Positions 25,875-40,081 of a stretch of DNA of 45,573 nucleotides are shown in pieces. This DNA comes from Aigarchaeota archaeon (GTDB taxonomy: Archaea > Thermoproteota > Nitrososphaeria_A > Caldarchaeales > Wolframiiraptoraceae). The stretch's first letter is position 1, and every line of letters begins with the position of its first letter. Below the pieces are notes generated by a model. The model had not been told where the DNA came from and made no database searches. It saw only the letters and a list, made by a program, of their open reading frames with translations. The translations under genes and the position numbers were made by a program. Location of the stretch: the NCBI GenBank assembly GCA_025059415.1, contig JANXDQ010000002.1, positions 9,940 to 55,512 of the forward strand, read 5' to 3'.

Positions 25875-26315
25875 ATGAACTCCTTAAAGAGGGTATTCTC
25901 CTGGGTTACGAAGAGGATATTTTCATGGGTCTTCGTGAAATTCGGGATAGTTGGGGCAATCGGTATACTCGTGAACTTCGCACTCTACTGGGCTCTGACA
26001 TCCATTCTCGGGGCTCACTACCTCTTGGCCGGCGCGATAGCCACGGAGCTAGCAATACTAAACAACTTCGCCCTAAACGACATATGGACTTTTAGGGAGA
26101 GGCGTGGGGGAACCAGGATAATTGTGAGAATCTTAAACTTCCACTGGTCTAGGCTCCTCGGATTCCTGGTCACGATCGGGAGCACTTATATGTTGGTCGA
26201 CCTCATGGGGCTCGACAAAAACGTATCCTATCTCTTCGCGATAGGCCTCGGAACGCTCACCAACTTCTTCACGAGCGATATCTACGTCTGGCCCGAGAAG
26301 GAATTGAAACGGTGA
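25875..26315 (+). CDS. GtrA-family membrane protein
   Basis: 146 aa with four TM segments. FVKFGIVGAIGILVNF... and LNNFALNDIWTFRE are typical of GtrA-like proteins. Confidence 0.75.
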   Translation: MNSLKRVFSWVTKRIFSWVFVKFGIVGAIGILVNFALYWALTSILGAHYLLAGAIATELAILNNFALNDIWTFRERRGGTRIIVRILNFHWSRLLGFLVTIGSTYMLVDLMGLDKNVSYLFAIGLGTLTNFFTSDIYVWPEKELKR

Positions 26316-26889
26316 TCTGCTTCAATATCCCGGATCTCTCGAGGGCGAGAAGGGTTAGGTAACCTATGAGGGATCCGGGGACCGAGCTCGCCGCCCATCC
26401 CAGCCAGAAAATTGGAAAGAAGCCGTAGAGGCCATGCTGCTCTATCGCCCCTAGTATTCTCACGTCCCCCAAAGCCGGGGCAATTATCAAAATTGACACA
26501 GTTCCGCCTATCAATACTGTTCCAATGGGCTCCGTCAATGCCGCCAAATACCTCAGTAAGGGGTTCTTTGCCCTACGGGTCATGACGTAGGTTAAGCCGA
26601 CAAATATTGCTCCCGGGATTCCGCCTGGAAAGGCGTAGAGGGTTCCAATGCCCAGTACATTCCTGATTATGCCTATTAGGGTCGCCGCGGCCGCAGCCCA
26701 CCAAGGCCCCAGAAGGACCCCCGCAAGCGCGTTTACGAGGTGCTGGCCTGGGAAGGCCTTGGTGCCGAAGAATGGGAACCAGATGAAAGGCGCCAGTATC
26801 ACGCCTAAAACGGTCAAGACCGTGAGCAGTGAAACCTTCTTGGTCTCTGGGCGACCCATATTCCTTAAGACGGCGAGAGACGCCTCCAT
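26269..26889 (-). CDS. Polytopic membrane protein, possible ThiW/ECF-S-like vitamin-precursor transporter
   Basis: 206 aa with about six TM segments. The motif AFPGQHLVNALAGVLLGPWW...RNVLGIGTLYAFPGGIPGA resembles my recollection of ThiW. It is divergently adjacent to a thiDN operon. The function is tentative. Confidence 0.4.
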   Translation of the reverse strand: MEASLAVLRNMGRPETKKVSLLTVLTVLGVILAPFIWFPFFGTKAFPGQHLVNALAGVLLGPWWAAAAATLIGIIRNVLGIGTLYAFPGGIPGAIFVGLTYVMTRRAKNPLLRYLAALTEPIGTVLIGGTVSILIIAPALGDVRILGAIEQHGLYGFFPIFWLGWAASSVPGSLIGYLTLLALERSGILKQITVSIPSRARRRYRS

Positions 26890-26967
26890 ATAAGGATCCG
26901 GGCTGAGCCTATGGGATTCGTATTTTGAAATTTAATTAGGTGTTCGATGGGATAGGTTGGGTCGGAT

Positions 26968-27537
26968 ATGGTGGATGTGAGAGCCGATTTCGGCGGCTTT
27001 CTCGGAAGAAAGACATTGATAGTTGGGGAAGTTGGGTCCGGGAAAACCCATCTCCTGAGCCGCTTTCTCGATTACTTGATTGAACGGGGCTATGGTGATG
27101 GGGTGACGCTCATAGAGATGGCGCCGGTGCACGGCGGGGTCGGCGCCCCGGTGGAGAAGTATTCGGGAAATGTTTGGAGGATCAGGTACCTGAGGCCCAC
27201 TAAGGTATACGCTCCGAGATTAATGGGTCGAGGCCCTCAAGAGGTATTAGAATATGCCGAGAGGAATCGGATCGAGCTGGAGCCGCTGTTATCGAGATTT
27301 GAGCAGGAGCCGACTGAAATTTTGTTGATCAATGATTTAACAATCTTCCTTCAAGCCGGAGAGCCGGAGCGGATAATCGAGGTCATGGAACTTTGTGAGA
27401 CGTTCGCAGCAACGGCCTATGAAGGCGAGAAGTTAAAAGATGACAAGGGATCCGGCATAGCCCAACGCGAGAAAAGGGCATTATCGCTCATCAAGAGGCA
27501 CGTGGATCAAGTAATCACCCCCACGTTAAACCTTTAA
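26968..27537 (+). CDS. Uncharacterised small P-loop NTPase
   Basis: 189 aa. Walker A GEVGSGKTH and a Walker B-like ILLINDL. Located 24 nt upstream of thiDN on the same strand. Confidence 0.7.
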   Translation: MVDVRADFGGFLGRKTLIVGEVGSGKTHLLSRFLDYLIERGYGDGVTLIEMAPVHGGVGAPVEKYSGNVWRIRYLRPTKVYAPRLMGRGPQEVLEYAERNRIELEPLLSRFEQEPTEILLINDLTIFLQAGEPERIIEVMELCETFAATAYEGEKLKDDKGSGIAQREKRALSLIKRHVDQVITPTLNL

Positions 27538-27561
27538 GGCAATCTGTGAAAATTCATCCAG

Positions 27562-28938
27562 GTGAACCCGGTGAAAATTCCTAGGGCCTTGACGATAGCG
27601 GGATCAGATTCTGGTGGGGGGGCTGGGATCCAAGCCGACCTCAAGACCTTTGCGGCCCTCGGGGTCCACGGCATGTCCGCGATAACCTCGATAACGGCCC
27701 AGAACACGGTTGAGGTCACGATGATACATGACGTTCCAGTCGAATTGATACGCGAGCAGATACGCGTCGTAGTCCGAGACATAGGGGTCGATGCGATCAA
27801 GACGGGGATGCTCCACACAAGCGAGATAATCGAGGCGGTCGCATCCGAGGTCTCCGAGATGGGCGCACCGCTCGTCGTCGACCCCGTCATGATAGCCAAG
27901 AGCGGCGCCCCATTGATCCGGAAAGAGGCCATGAAGACCCTGATCGAGGACCTAATCCCAAGAGCATTCGTCGTGACGCCCAATGCTAGGGAGGCCGAGG
28001 CCCTATCAGGAATCGAGATCCGCGACCTCGAATCTCAAAAGGAGGCCGCGAGGGATATATCTGACTTGGGGGTGAAGGCGGTCGTAGTTAAGGGCGGGCA
28101 TATCCCGGGCCCGAAGGTTGTGGACGTCCTCTACTATGATGGTGAATTCAGGCTCTATGAGTCGGAGAGAATTGAGAGTGGGAATACCCATGGGACTGGG
28201 TGCACGTTTGCATCCGCAATCGCCGCTGAGCTCGCTAAAGGGCACAACATCTTTGAGGCCGTTGGGGTTGCCAAGAGATTCGTGAGCTACGCGATTAGAT
28301 ATGGCCTATCTATCGGGAGGGGGCACGGCCCCGTCGACCCAGTCGGTAAAATCATTAGGCACGCAGAAAAATTCGAGGTCCTCGAAGTCATGCGGAGGGC
28401 CCTAGAACGCGTTGAGGAGAGCGGGTTGATCGGCAAAGCGATACCCGAGTGTCAATCAAATCTGGCAATGGCCTGTAGCTACGCAAGGGATCTAGATGAC
28501 GTGGCCGCGGTGCCTGGGAGGATTGTGCGCTTTTGGGATAGGGCTAAGCCATCGTCTCCGCCATGGTTCGGCGCATCAAAGCACGTAGGCAAAGCAGTAC
28601 TCACGACCATGAAATTCGATCACAGGATTAGATCAGCTATGAACATCAAATTCGACGAACGCCTCATCAAGGCCGCGGAGGAGCTAGGCTGGAGAATTAG
28701 CTTCTATGATCGAAGGGAGGAGCCGCCCGAGATCAAGGAGCTTGAGGGAATGTCTATTCCATGGGGGATCGAGGCGGCGGTGAAGAGGATTGGGGGAACG
28801 ATTCCGGACATTATCTATCATCGAGGTGACTGGGGGAAGGAACCCATGATCACGGTCTTCGGCAGAGACGCGGTCGAGGTCGTGGAAAAAGTTGAGACGT
28901 TGATCAAGAAGGCGATCGAGCTCGGATACGGTAAATGA
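27562..28938 (+). CDS. thiDN: Bifunctional ThiD (HMP/HMP-P kinase) + ThiN (thiamine-phosphate synthase) protein
   Basis: 458 aa. N-terminal ThiD (LTIAGSDSGGGAGIQADLKT, GTGCTFASAIAA) and a C-terminal ~180-aa ThiN-type domain. Confidence 0.88.
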   Translation: MNPVKIPRALTIAGSDSGGGAGIQADLKTFAALGVHGMSAITSITAQNTVEVTMIHDVPVELIREQIRVVVRDIGVDAIKTGMLHTSEIIEAVASEVSEMGAPLVVDPVMIAKSGAPLIRKEAMKTLIEDLIPRAFVVTPNAREAEALSGIEIRDLESQKEAARDISDLGVKAVVVKGGHIPGPKVVDVLYYDGEFRLYESERIESGNTHGTGCTFASAIAAELAKGHNIFEAVGVAKRFVSYAIRYGLSIGRGHGPVDPVGKIIRHAEKFEVLEVMRRALERVEESGLIGKAIPECQSNLAMACSYARDLDDVAAVPGRIVRFWDRAKPSSPPWFGASKHVGKAVLTTMKFDHRIRSAMNIKFDERLIKAAEELGWRISFYDRREEPPEIKELEGMSIPWGIEAAVKRIGGTIPDIIYHRGDWGKEPMITVFGRDAVEVVEKVETLIKKAIELGYGK

Positions 28939-28942
28939 GGAC

Positions 28943-29983
28943 ATGAATGAAAGATACGCAATCAAGGTCCCTAAGGAGCGAGCTGAAAACCTCAAGAGAA
29001 AACTATCATCCATGGGCATATTGGACGCCGGCTATAAGCCGATTCGACGCGATGAATGGATATACTTTCCCGTGAAAGGTGTCGGGGAAGAATTGGAAAA
29101 ATTGGTCCCCGAATATGGCGCTGAGATCGAGAAAACTTCCTTCGAGCCGAGAATACTTAAACCCCGTTCACTTAAGGAGTCACTGAAAGATGTGATTCCA
29201 AAGGACCTACTCACCCTAGTCCCATCGTCATATGACTTGATAGGAGACTTGATACTCATCGAGCTCCCAAATGAGCTGGAGGGCTATTCTAGAATCATAG
29301 GTGAGACTTTGATGAAGCTTCATCCAAGGGTTAAAAGCGTCTTAGCGAAAGGTGAGACGATTGGAGAGTATAGGGTGAGGAGGATCAGGGTGATCGCCGG
29401 CTCCCAAGAAGCCGAGACTATCCACCGCGAACATGGATGCCTTTACAGGCTCGACCTAAGGAAGGCATTCTTTAACCCGAGGTTTTCAGGTGAAAGACTC
29501 AGGGTCGCCGAGATCGTTAAACCAGGTGAAGATGTCCTCGACATGTTCGCCGGAGTCGGGCCATTCTCAATCCTGATAGCGAAGAAATGTCCAGGTTGCA
29601 GGGTGACGGCGATCGAACTCAATCCAGACGCATACCACTACCTCGTTCAAAACATTAGATTAAACAAGGTCGAGGGGCTGGTGACCGCTATCCATGGAAA
29701 TGCCCGTGAAGTGTTAAGATCAAAGAAGAACTCCTTCGACAGGGTGATAATGGATCTCCCCCATAATTCAGTGGATTTCCTCGACCTAGGCCTAGAGGTC
29801 TGCAGACCCCAGGGAATCATACACCTCTACGTCGCCGACACGTCCATCCAAGAAGTCTCCGAAAAAGTTGAGAAAAGGGCGGCGAGCCTCGGCCACAGCG
29901 TCGTTGTCGAATTCGCCCGAGAGGTCATGGCGATAGCCCCACGAAGATACACGATGGTTCTCGATTTGAGGAAAAGGTGTTGA
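28943..29983 (+). CDS. trm5: tRNA (guanine37-N1)-methyltransferase Trm5 / Taw22 family
   Basis: 346 aa. Met-10+ like layout. SAM motif DMFAGVGPFSI, and RVIMDLP instead of NLP. Confidence 0.85.
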   Translation: MNERYAIKVPKERAENLKRKLSSMGILDAGYKPIRRDEWIYFPVKGVGEELEKLVPEYGAEIEKTSFEPRILKPRSLKESLKDVIPKDLLTLVPSSYDLIGDLILIELPNELEGYSRIIGETLMKLHPRVKSVLAKGETIGEYRVRRIRVIAGSQEAETIHREHGCLYRLDLRKAFFNPRFSGERLRVAEIVKPGEDVLDMFAGVGPFSILIAKKCPGCRVTAIELNPDAYHYLVQNIRLNKVEGLVTAIHGNAREVLRSKKNSFDRVIMDLPHNSVDFLDLGLEVCRPQGIIHLYVADTSIQEVSEKVEKRAASLGHSVVVEFAREVMAIAPRRYTMVLDLRKRC

Positions 29984-30031
29984 CGCGGACTTTAACCTTT
30001 ATACACCTCCTAATGGAATTGTTTGGCGGAG

Positions 30032-31069
30032 ATGGGGGTTAAGATCCGGGAGATAATCCCAGAACCCGCCGTACAGAAGATTACGTTAGAATCCCTGAGT
30101 GGGAAATCAATCGCTCTGGACTCCTTCAACGTGCTCTACCAGTTCATCACCATAATTCGTGGAGTTGATGGGAGGCCCCTGATGGATAGGAGGGGGAGGA
30201 TAACGAGTCATTTAAGCGGCCTCTTCTTCAGGACAATAAACCTCCTGAAGGTTGGAATCAAGCCCATATTCGTATACGATGGTAGGCCGCCTGAATTAAA
30301 AAGGGAGACGGTCGAGGAGAGGGAGGAGAGGAGGATGGAGGCCGCCAAGCTCTATCAACAGGCGCTTGCCGAGGGCCGCATAGAGGAGGCCCAGAAATAC
30401 GCGAAGCAGGCCGCGACCTTAAGCGAGTTCATAGTCGAGAGCTCTAAGAAGCTCCTATACTTGATGGGGTTGCCCGTAGTCCAGGCCCCGAGCGAGGGTG
30501 AAGCTCAAGCGGCATACATGGTAGCTAGGGGCGATGCCTATGCTTCGGGATCCCAGGACTTCGACTCGCTCCTCTTCGGATCACCTAGACTCGTGCGAAA
30601 TCTCTCGATAGTAGGTAAGAGAAAGCTTCCAGGTAGAAAGGAATACATCGAAGTCGAGCCCGAGATAATATATCTGGACAAGTTGCTGGGAGAATTGGAA
30701 ATTAACCGGGAACAGCTGATAGACATGGCGATACTTGTTGGAACAGATTACTGCGAGGGCGTTAAGGGAATCGGCCCCAAGACCGCCCTAAAATTCATCA
30801 AGACCTATGGGTCCGCGGAAAAGGCCCTGAAGGCGATGGGGAAGAACCTCGACGTCGATCCAGGAGAAATCCGCCAACTCTTCCTCAACCCGAAAGTCTC
30901 AAAAGATTATTCGATTGAGTGGAGGGAAGTAAATTATGATGGTGTAAAGAAGATGTTGTGCGATGAATACGATTTCTCCGAGGAGAGGGTGGATAAGGCG
31001 TTAAATGAGCTAAGGGAGGCATTAAAAAAGACGAGGGGTGCTACGAGCCTGGATCAGTGGTTTTCGTAG
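30032..31069 (+). CDS. fen: Flap endonuclease 1 (FEN-1)
   Basis: MGVKIREII..., XPG-N and XPG-I motifs (SEGEAQAAYM, GSQDFDSLLFG), H3TH (GTDYCEGVKGIGPKTA), and a C-terminal PIP-like SLDQWF. Confidence 0.95.
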   Translation: MGVKIREIIPEPAVQKITLESLSGKSIALDSFNVLYQFITIIRGVDGRPLMDRRGRITSHLSGLFFRTINLLKVGIKPIFVYDGRPPELKRETVEEREERRMEAAKLYQQALAEGRIEEAQKYAKQAATLSEFIVESSKKLLYLMGLPVVQAPSEGEAQAAYMVARGDAYASGSQDFDSLLFGSPRLVRNLSIVGKRKLPGRKEYIEVEPEIIYLDKLLGELEINREQLIDMAILVGTDYCEGVKGIGPKTALKFIKTYGSAEKALKAMGKNLDVDPGEIRQLFLNPKVSKDYSIEWREVNYDGVKKMLCDEYDFSEERVDKALNELREALKKTRGATSLDQWFS

Positions 31070-31341
31070 ATCCCTTGACCAGCTCCTTCCCTTTTCACGA
31101 GGAGCTCGACAACCCTGCGCTCCTCATCGAGGCTTAGGACCCTGACCTTATCCCTGATCTCGAGTTTCATCAACATCTGCCTTAACTCCGAAGCCGTTAT
31201 ATCGAAGCCCCTCTTCTTCAATTCTTCTAGTAGGTTTACTTCTAGAGCCTTCCCCCCAAGTTTTTCAAGAGCTTCAACTATCCTGGAGTAGACTTCGCTT
31301 CCAGGTTTCACCAACTTCTTTGGATACTCTCTGCTGGTCAT
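31054..31341 (-). CDS. Hypothetical 95-aa protein, 6 nt downstream of cdc48 copy 1 (possibly winged-helix-like)
   Basis: ORF with an ATG start and protein-like composition. No family recognised. Its 3' end overlaps the fen 3' end by 16 nt, with the two genes convergent. Confidence 0.5.
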   Translation of the reverse strand: MTSREYPKKLVKPGSEVYSRIVEALEKLGGKALEVNLLEELKKRGFDITASELRQMLMKLEIRDKVRVLSLDEERRVVELLVKREGAGQGIYENH

Positions 31342-31347
31342 ATCGGG

Positions 31348-33522
<2,175 letters not shown>

Positions 33523-33633
33523 CTATTCACTGGTATTATAAATTCCTCGCCCACTATTTAAGGAAAGAATCGCGGTCAGTTAAGATTCTTTATAATATTT
33601 CCCCTTTTTCTTTAATGGGGGCTAAAATCGGGC

Positions 33634-33900
33634 CTATAGCCTAGTTTCCATGGTCACGTTCACTTCTTGGATCTCCTCAAAGCTTTCGAGATAGTTTTCG
33701 AGTTCTCGCGTTATGCCATCTCTTTCGGGTCCCGTGAAGATGGCTTTGATCGAGTTGAGGCCAAATGCTACGGGTCTTATCTGAACATCCTTTAGCTCGA
33801 AGCCCTCTGGAAGATTTTGCCTTATCCTCTCGATGAGGTTTTCTAGATCAACATCTTGGTCAACTGGAAGTATCTCCATTATGATTACTATCCTGGCCAC
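33634..33900 (-). CDS. ef1b: Translation elongation factor 1-beta (aEF-1beta)
   Basis: ..ARIVIIMEILPVDQDVDLENLIERIRQNLPEGFELKDVQIRPVAFGLNSIKA.. matches the aEF-1beta pattern. A GTG at 33900 avoids overlap with the upstream gene. The track start is 33942. Confidence 0.85.
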   Translation of the reverse strand: MARIVIIMEILPVDQDVDLENLIERIRQNLPEGFELKDVQIRPVAFGLNSIKAIFTGPERDGITRELENYLESFEEIQEVNVTMETRL

Positions 33901-33911
33901 ATCCCGCCACC

Positions 33912-34091
33912 TCAAGGCCCCGTAAAGCCGCATGATGGACACGTATAAGGCTTCGCCAGTTCCCTACAGATCTCGCAACGCCAAATCTTCACTTTCCCAC
34001 AATTTGGGCAGGGAAAGCCCACAGCGTGCTCATGGGGATCGATGGGTTTTCTACATGAAGTACAAAGCAGGAGGATTATTTCTTCATTCAT
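33912..34091 (-). CDS. Double zinc-ribbon protein conserved upstream of aEF-1beta (COG2888-like)
   Basis: From [13 protein letters not shown]: four CxxC pairs (CTSC, CPNC, CEIC, CPSC). Linkage to aEF-1beta is a known archaeal arrangement. The track start is 34154. Confidence 0.75.
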   Translation of the reverse strand: MNEEIILLLCTSCRKPIDPHEHAVGFPCPNCGKVKIWRCEICRELAKPYTCPSCGFTGP

Positions 34092-34123
34092 TCCTTGGGA
34101 ACACCTAGAAGCCATAATATAAA

Positions 34124-35236
34124 CTATGTGAATCCGCGGCGCAGTCCGAGGCATCTCAGGAAAGTGGATGATTGGAAGTCCATGTCGCCGAACCTGGCTA
34201 GATACGCCGCCATGGGGTTAGATGTCGTGACTTTGAGGAGGAATTCGCGGAGGCCCTGTGGAACCCTATACAACAAGTTTCTGAGACAGGAGATCTCGAT
34301 CAATTCCCCAACCATCTTCCGGGCCCTAGCTAGGTATGGTTTTGGATCGCCGCCCCTCAAGTGCTCCGCCATGGCAGATGCGAGGTTCATGGATATTAGG
34401 CCGCCCATGACCACGCCCCCGCCCGTCGTCGCCTTAACGTGGCCCGCGGCGTCACCGACGGGAACAAATCGGTGCGATAAGCAGAGATCCCTCAGGGGCG
34501 CCCCGACGTAGATTACGTGGGAAGTCTTCTTTAGGATTTTCGCGTTCGGAAACTCTCTCCTCAAGAAACTCTCTAGTTTCCGACTCAACCAAGCAATCCT
34601 TGAAGCAGCTCCCACTCTGCCATGTTCCTCATCGATTGGGATGAAGTAGGCGAAGAAATCGGGAAACTGACTCGTGAAGTATAGGTGGACGTAGTCTTTT
34701 GGGAGGCCGTGCCCCCTTACAGTGAACTGTGTGATCGGAATCCACCCATTTGGCTCTGGAGCTTTCCCAACGATCTTTCTCAGGAGGGCTGACCCGGCCC
34801 CCTCGGCGTCGATTACCCAAGGCGCATGGAATACGCCAGTGGTCGTATAGATTTCGAATATACCGCTTTTTGACACCTTCTTGACGCGGACGCCCGTGAA
34901 TATTCTTACCCCAGCCCCCTCACAGTCCTCGGCAAGCTTCTGGTCGAACAATTTCCTGCTGACGATGACCGCAACCGTTCTCTTCGCGTCGAGGAAGTAT
35001 TCTCGCCCGGATTCCGCATGGAATACCGCACCCTTCACCTCATTCTGGAGATATTTTTTGAGCCCACCCACTGATAGCCTCTTCAACCCACTCAGGCTAA
35101 GCAGACCAGCACATCTCTCCGGTTCCCCAATTTCTAAATCCCTCTCAAAGACGGTGACTTCAACCCCCTTCCTCGCGGCCTCTCTCGCTGCTAGTAAGCC
35201 GGCCGGTCCGCCCCCGATCACCGCGATCTCGATCAT
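34124..35236 (-). CDS. Geranylgeranyl reductase-family FAD-dependent oxidoreductase
   Basis: From [24 protein letters not shown] (dinucleotide fold) and [14 protein letters not shown]. The track ORF extends 38 codons further, to 35350. Confidence 0.8.
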   Translation of the reverse strand: MIEIAVIGGGPAGLLAAREAARKGVEVTVFERDLEIGEPERCAGLLSLSGLKRLSVGGLKKYLQNEVKGAVFHAESGREYFLDAKRTVAVIVSRKLFDQKLAEDCEGAGVRIFTGVRVKKVSKSGIFEIYTTTGVFHAPWVIDAEGAGSALLRKIVGKAPEPNGWIPITQFTVRGHGLPKDYVHLYFTSQFPDFFAYFIPIDEEHGRVGAASRIAWLSRKLESFLRREFPNAKILKKTSHVIYVGAPLRDLCLSHRFVPVGDAAGHVKATTGGGVVMGGLISMNLASAMAEHLRGGDPKPYLARARKMVGELIEISCLRNLLYRVPQGLREFLLKVTTSNPMAAYLARFGDMDFQSSTFLRCLGLRRGFT

Positions 35237-35321
35237 CTCACTCGATCCAATAATCTCCGATGGAGCAATACTATAAAATATCGCGGCGCTATTTGAATGG
35301 GGCAGTGAGTGTGAAAGGGCT

Positions 35322-35600
35322 TTGAGAAAGGTTCGCGCACACGTGATCATTGCAGGTAGAGTTCAAGGGGTCTTTTATAGGATAAGTGCGAAAAAGATGG
35401 CCGACAAGATTGGGGTTAGAGGCTGGATACGAAACCTCCCAGACGGAAAAGTCGAAGCCGTTTTTGAGGGCGATGAAGATGCCGTGAAACAGATGATTTC
35501 GTGGTGCTGGATCGGCCCTCCGGGCGCTAAGGTAATGAATATAGACATCGAATGGGAAGAATATCTCGGAGAATACAAGGACTTTAAAGTCCTCCACTGA
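35322..35600 (+). CDS. acyP: Acylphosphatase
   Basis: 92 aa. GRVQGVFYR and GWIRNLPDGKVE signature motifs. Confidence 0.9.
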   Translation: MRKVRAHVIIAGRVQGVFYRISAKKMADKIGVRGWIRNLPDGKVEAVFEGDEDAVKQMISWCWIGPPGAKVMNIDIEWEEYLGEYKDFKVLH

Positions 35601-35670
35601 GCTTTTAAGTTCATTGATCATTCTACTTAAAAATTATATTAGTTGCGGATGCACTCTAATTCCAAGAGGA

Positions 35671-36381
35671 ATGTTGGTGAAAAGACCTTCTCTAAGAGCT
35701 GCTACGATGGCCCTTTCCACAGCCCTGGTCCTAGCCGCCACCATCGTAGTAAACATATACGTCCCGGCGACCAGGGGCTACTTCAACCTCGGCGAGACCA
35801 TGATCTACCTCGTCGCGCTCCTCTTCGACCCAGTTACCGCGGCATTTGCCGGAGGAGTCGGCTCCGCGCTGGCTGACATCATCTTGGGCTATACAATATA
35901 CGCTCCTGCAACCCTAGTGATCAAGGCGGCTGAAGGAGCCCTGGCATCATTTTTGATCCATAGTCTCAGGGACAAGCGGCGCGGCCTTTTCGCCCTCTCG
36001 ATGGGCACGGTCACCGCGTATTCGATCCTGATTTTAGTGATAGGCTACACGTTGTTTGTGGGGGAAGTAGAGCTGACCCTCCCTGGCCCCCTGACATTTA
36101 GGGGATTCATTGAGCCCGCGAGTTGGATCATCATCGCCTCGGCCCTAATCGCCACCCCACTCTACATACTGATCAGAAGGAGGGATGAAATAGGCCTGAT
36201 ACTGATATCGCTCCTCCTCGCCGGGTCGGTAATGATACTGGGATACTATGTTTATCAGCAGTTTCTCCTCGGGTACTACGCGCTGGCGGAGGTCCCCATC
36301 AACCTCGGGCAGGTTGTGATGGGCATCGCGGTCGCCATCCCGGCCTATACGCTGATCAAGAAATACCTCCATAGATTTTGA
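35671..36381 (+). CDS. Membrane protein, ECF-transporter S-component-like
   Basis: About 236 aa from MLVKRPSL, with six TM segments. The pattern YFNLGETMIYLVALLFDPVTAAFAGGVGSALADIILGY resembles S components. Confidence 0.5.
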   Translation: MLVKRPSLRAATMALSTALVLAATIVVNIYVPATRGYFNLGETMIYLVALLFDPVTAAFAGGVGSALADIILGYTIYAPATLVIKAAEGALASFLIHSLRDKRRGLFALSMGTVTAYSILILVIGYTLFVGEVELTLPGPLTFRGFIEPASWIIIASALIATPLYILIRRRDEIGLILISLLLAGSVMILGYYVYQQFLLGYYALAEVPINLGQVVMGIAVAIPAYTLIKKYLHRF

Positions 36382-36432
36382 GAGGTATATAAGGAAATAG
36401 AACGCCTCTTCGGCCTTTGAGGTACTCGCGGT

Positions 36433-36443
36433 CTATAAAAATA
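36433..36443 (+). promoter_or_regulatory. Candidate TATA box for cdc48 copy 2
   Basis: CTATAAAAATA lies about 50 nt upstream of the ATG at 36488. Confidence 0.3.
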
Positions 36444-36487
36444 GTTATAAGTTCCATGGCGTCAGATGTGCTGGAGTGGTCTGATAG

Positions 36488-39435
<2,948 letters not shown>

Positions 39436-39530
39436 ATAAAGGTCAGTAATTGGGCTGCGAAATATCTTTTTCACGGCAAAACACCGCGAAGAGAATAAAA
39501 TATAAGGTGGAATTATGAGATATACAATGT

Positions 39531-39944
39531 ATGTTGAAGGTGGTTCAAGTCATTAAGAAAAAACCCGAGGTATCCTTTGAAGATTTTGAGAAGCAAGTCT
39601 TAGAATCCTATGCCAAGAACCTCAAGAAGATTCCAGGAGTAAAGAGCTTTGCAGTAAAACTGGTGCGTGGTGGATATCAGCTCGAGGAACGGCCCTTCGA
39701 CTGCGTCGCCGAGATGGAGTTCGCAGATGAAGAAGCATTTATCAAAGTAGTTGAGAAGCCGGAGACAAAAAGCATCTTAGAAGAGTTGGGAAGAGTTGCC
39801 GAGAGGAGTGAATTCATCTACTCCGAAGAACACGTCATAAAGAGAGCCAGGGCCCCAGCCAAGCCAAAAGTCGTTAGGAGGATCAGAAGACCGAGGCGTA
39901 AAGCAACTAGGGGGACCAGGAAAACGGGGAAGAGGGTTAAATAG
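39531..39944 (+). CDS. EthD/Dabb-like alpha+beta barrel protein with a highly basic C-terminal tail
   Basis: 137 aa. The first ~100 aa resemble EthD-type proteins (KKKPEVSFEDFEK...CVAEMEFADEEAF). The last ~35 aa are RARAPAKPKVVRRIRRPRRKATRGTRKTGKRVK. Confidence 0.5.
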   Translation: MLKVVQVIKKKPEVSFEDFEKQVLESYAKNLKKIPGVKSFAVKLVRGGYQLEERPFDCVAEMEFADEEAFIKVVEKPETKSILEELGRVAERSEFIYSEEHVIKRARAPAKPKVVRRIRRPRRKATRGTRKTGKRVK

Positions 39945-40081
39945 TCAATATCGCACCGGATTAGAAAACATAACGTGCCAAGAGCCTTTTCCCGAATTAT
40001 CTCTCCGAATGACTGGACTCGCCGTGATGGGAATAATCCTTAAAACGATGTTGAGAGATATCCCGATCTGGGTGTAGTAAG

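Noticed and set aside
26890-26967. Possible TPP riboswitch between the ThiW-like gene and the P-loop/thiDN operon (GGGCTGAGCC caught my eye)
   Set aside because: Only a fragment resembling the CUGAGA element is present, and on the wrong strand for the transporter leader. There is no ACCUGAUCUGGAUAAUGCCAGCG-like pyrimidine-sensor helix, and the spacer is too short (78 nt) for the full aptamer.
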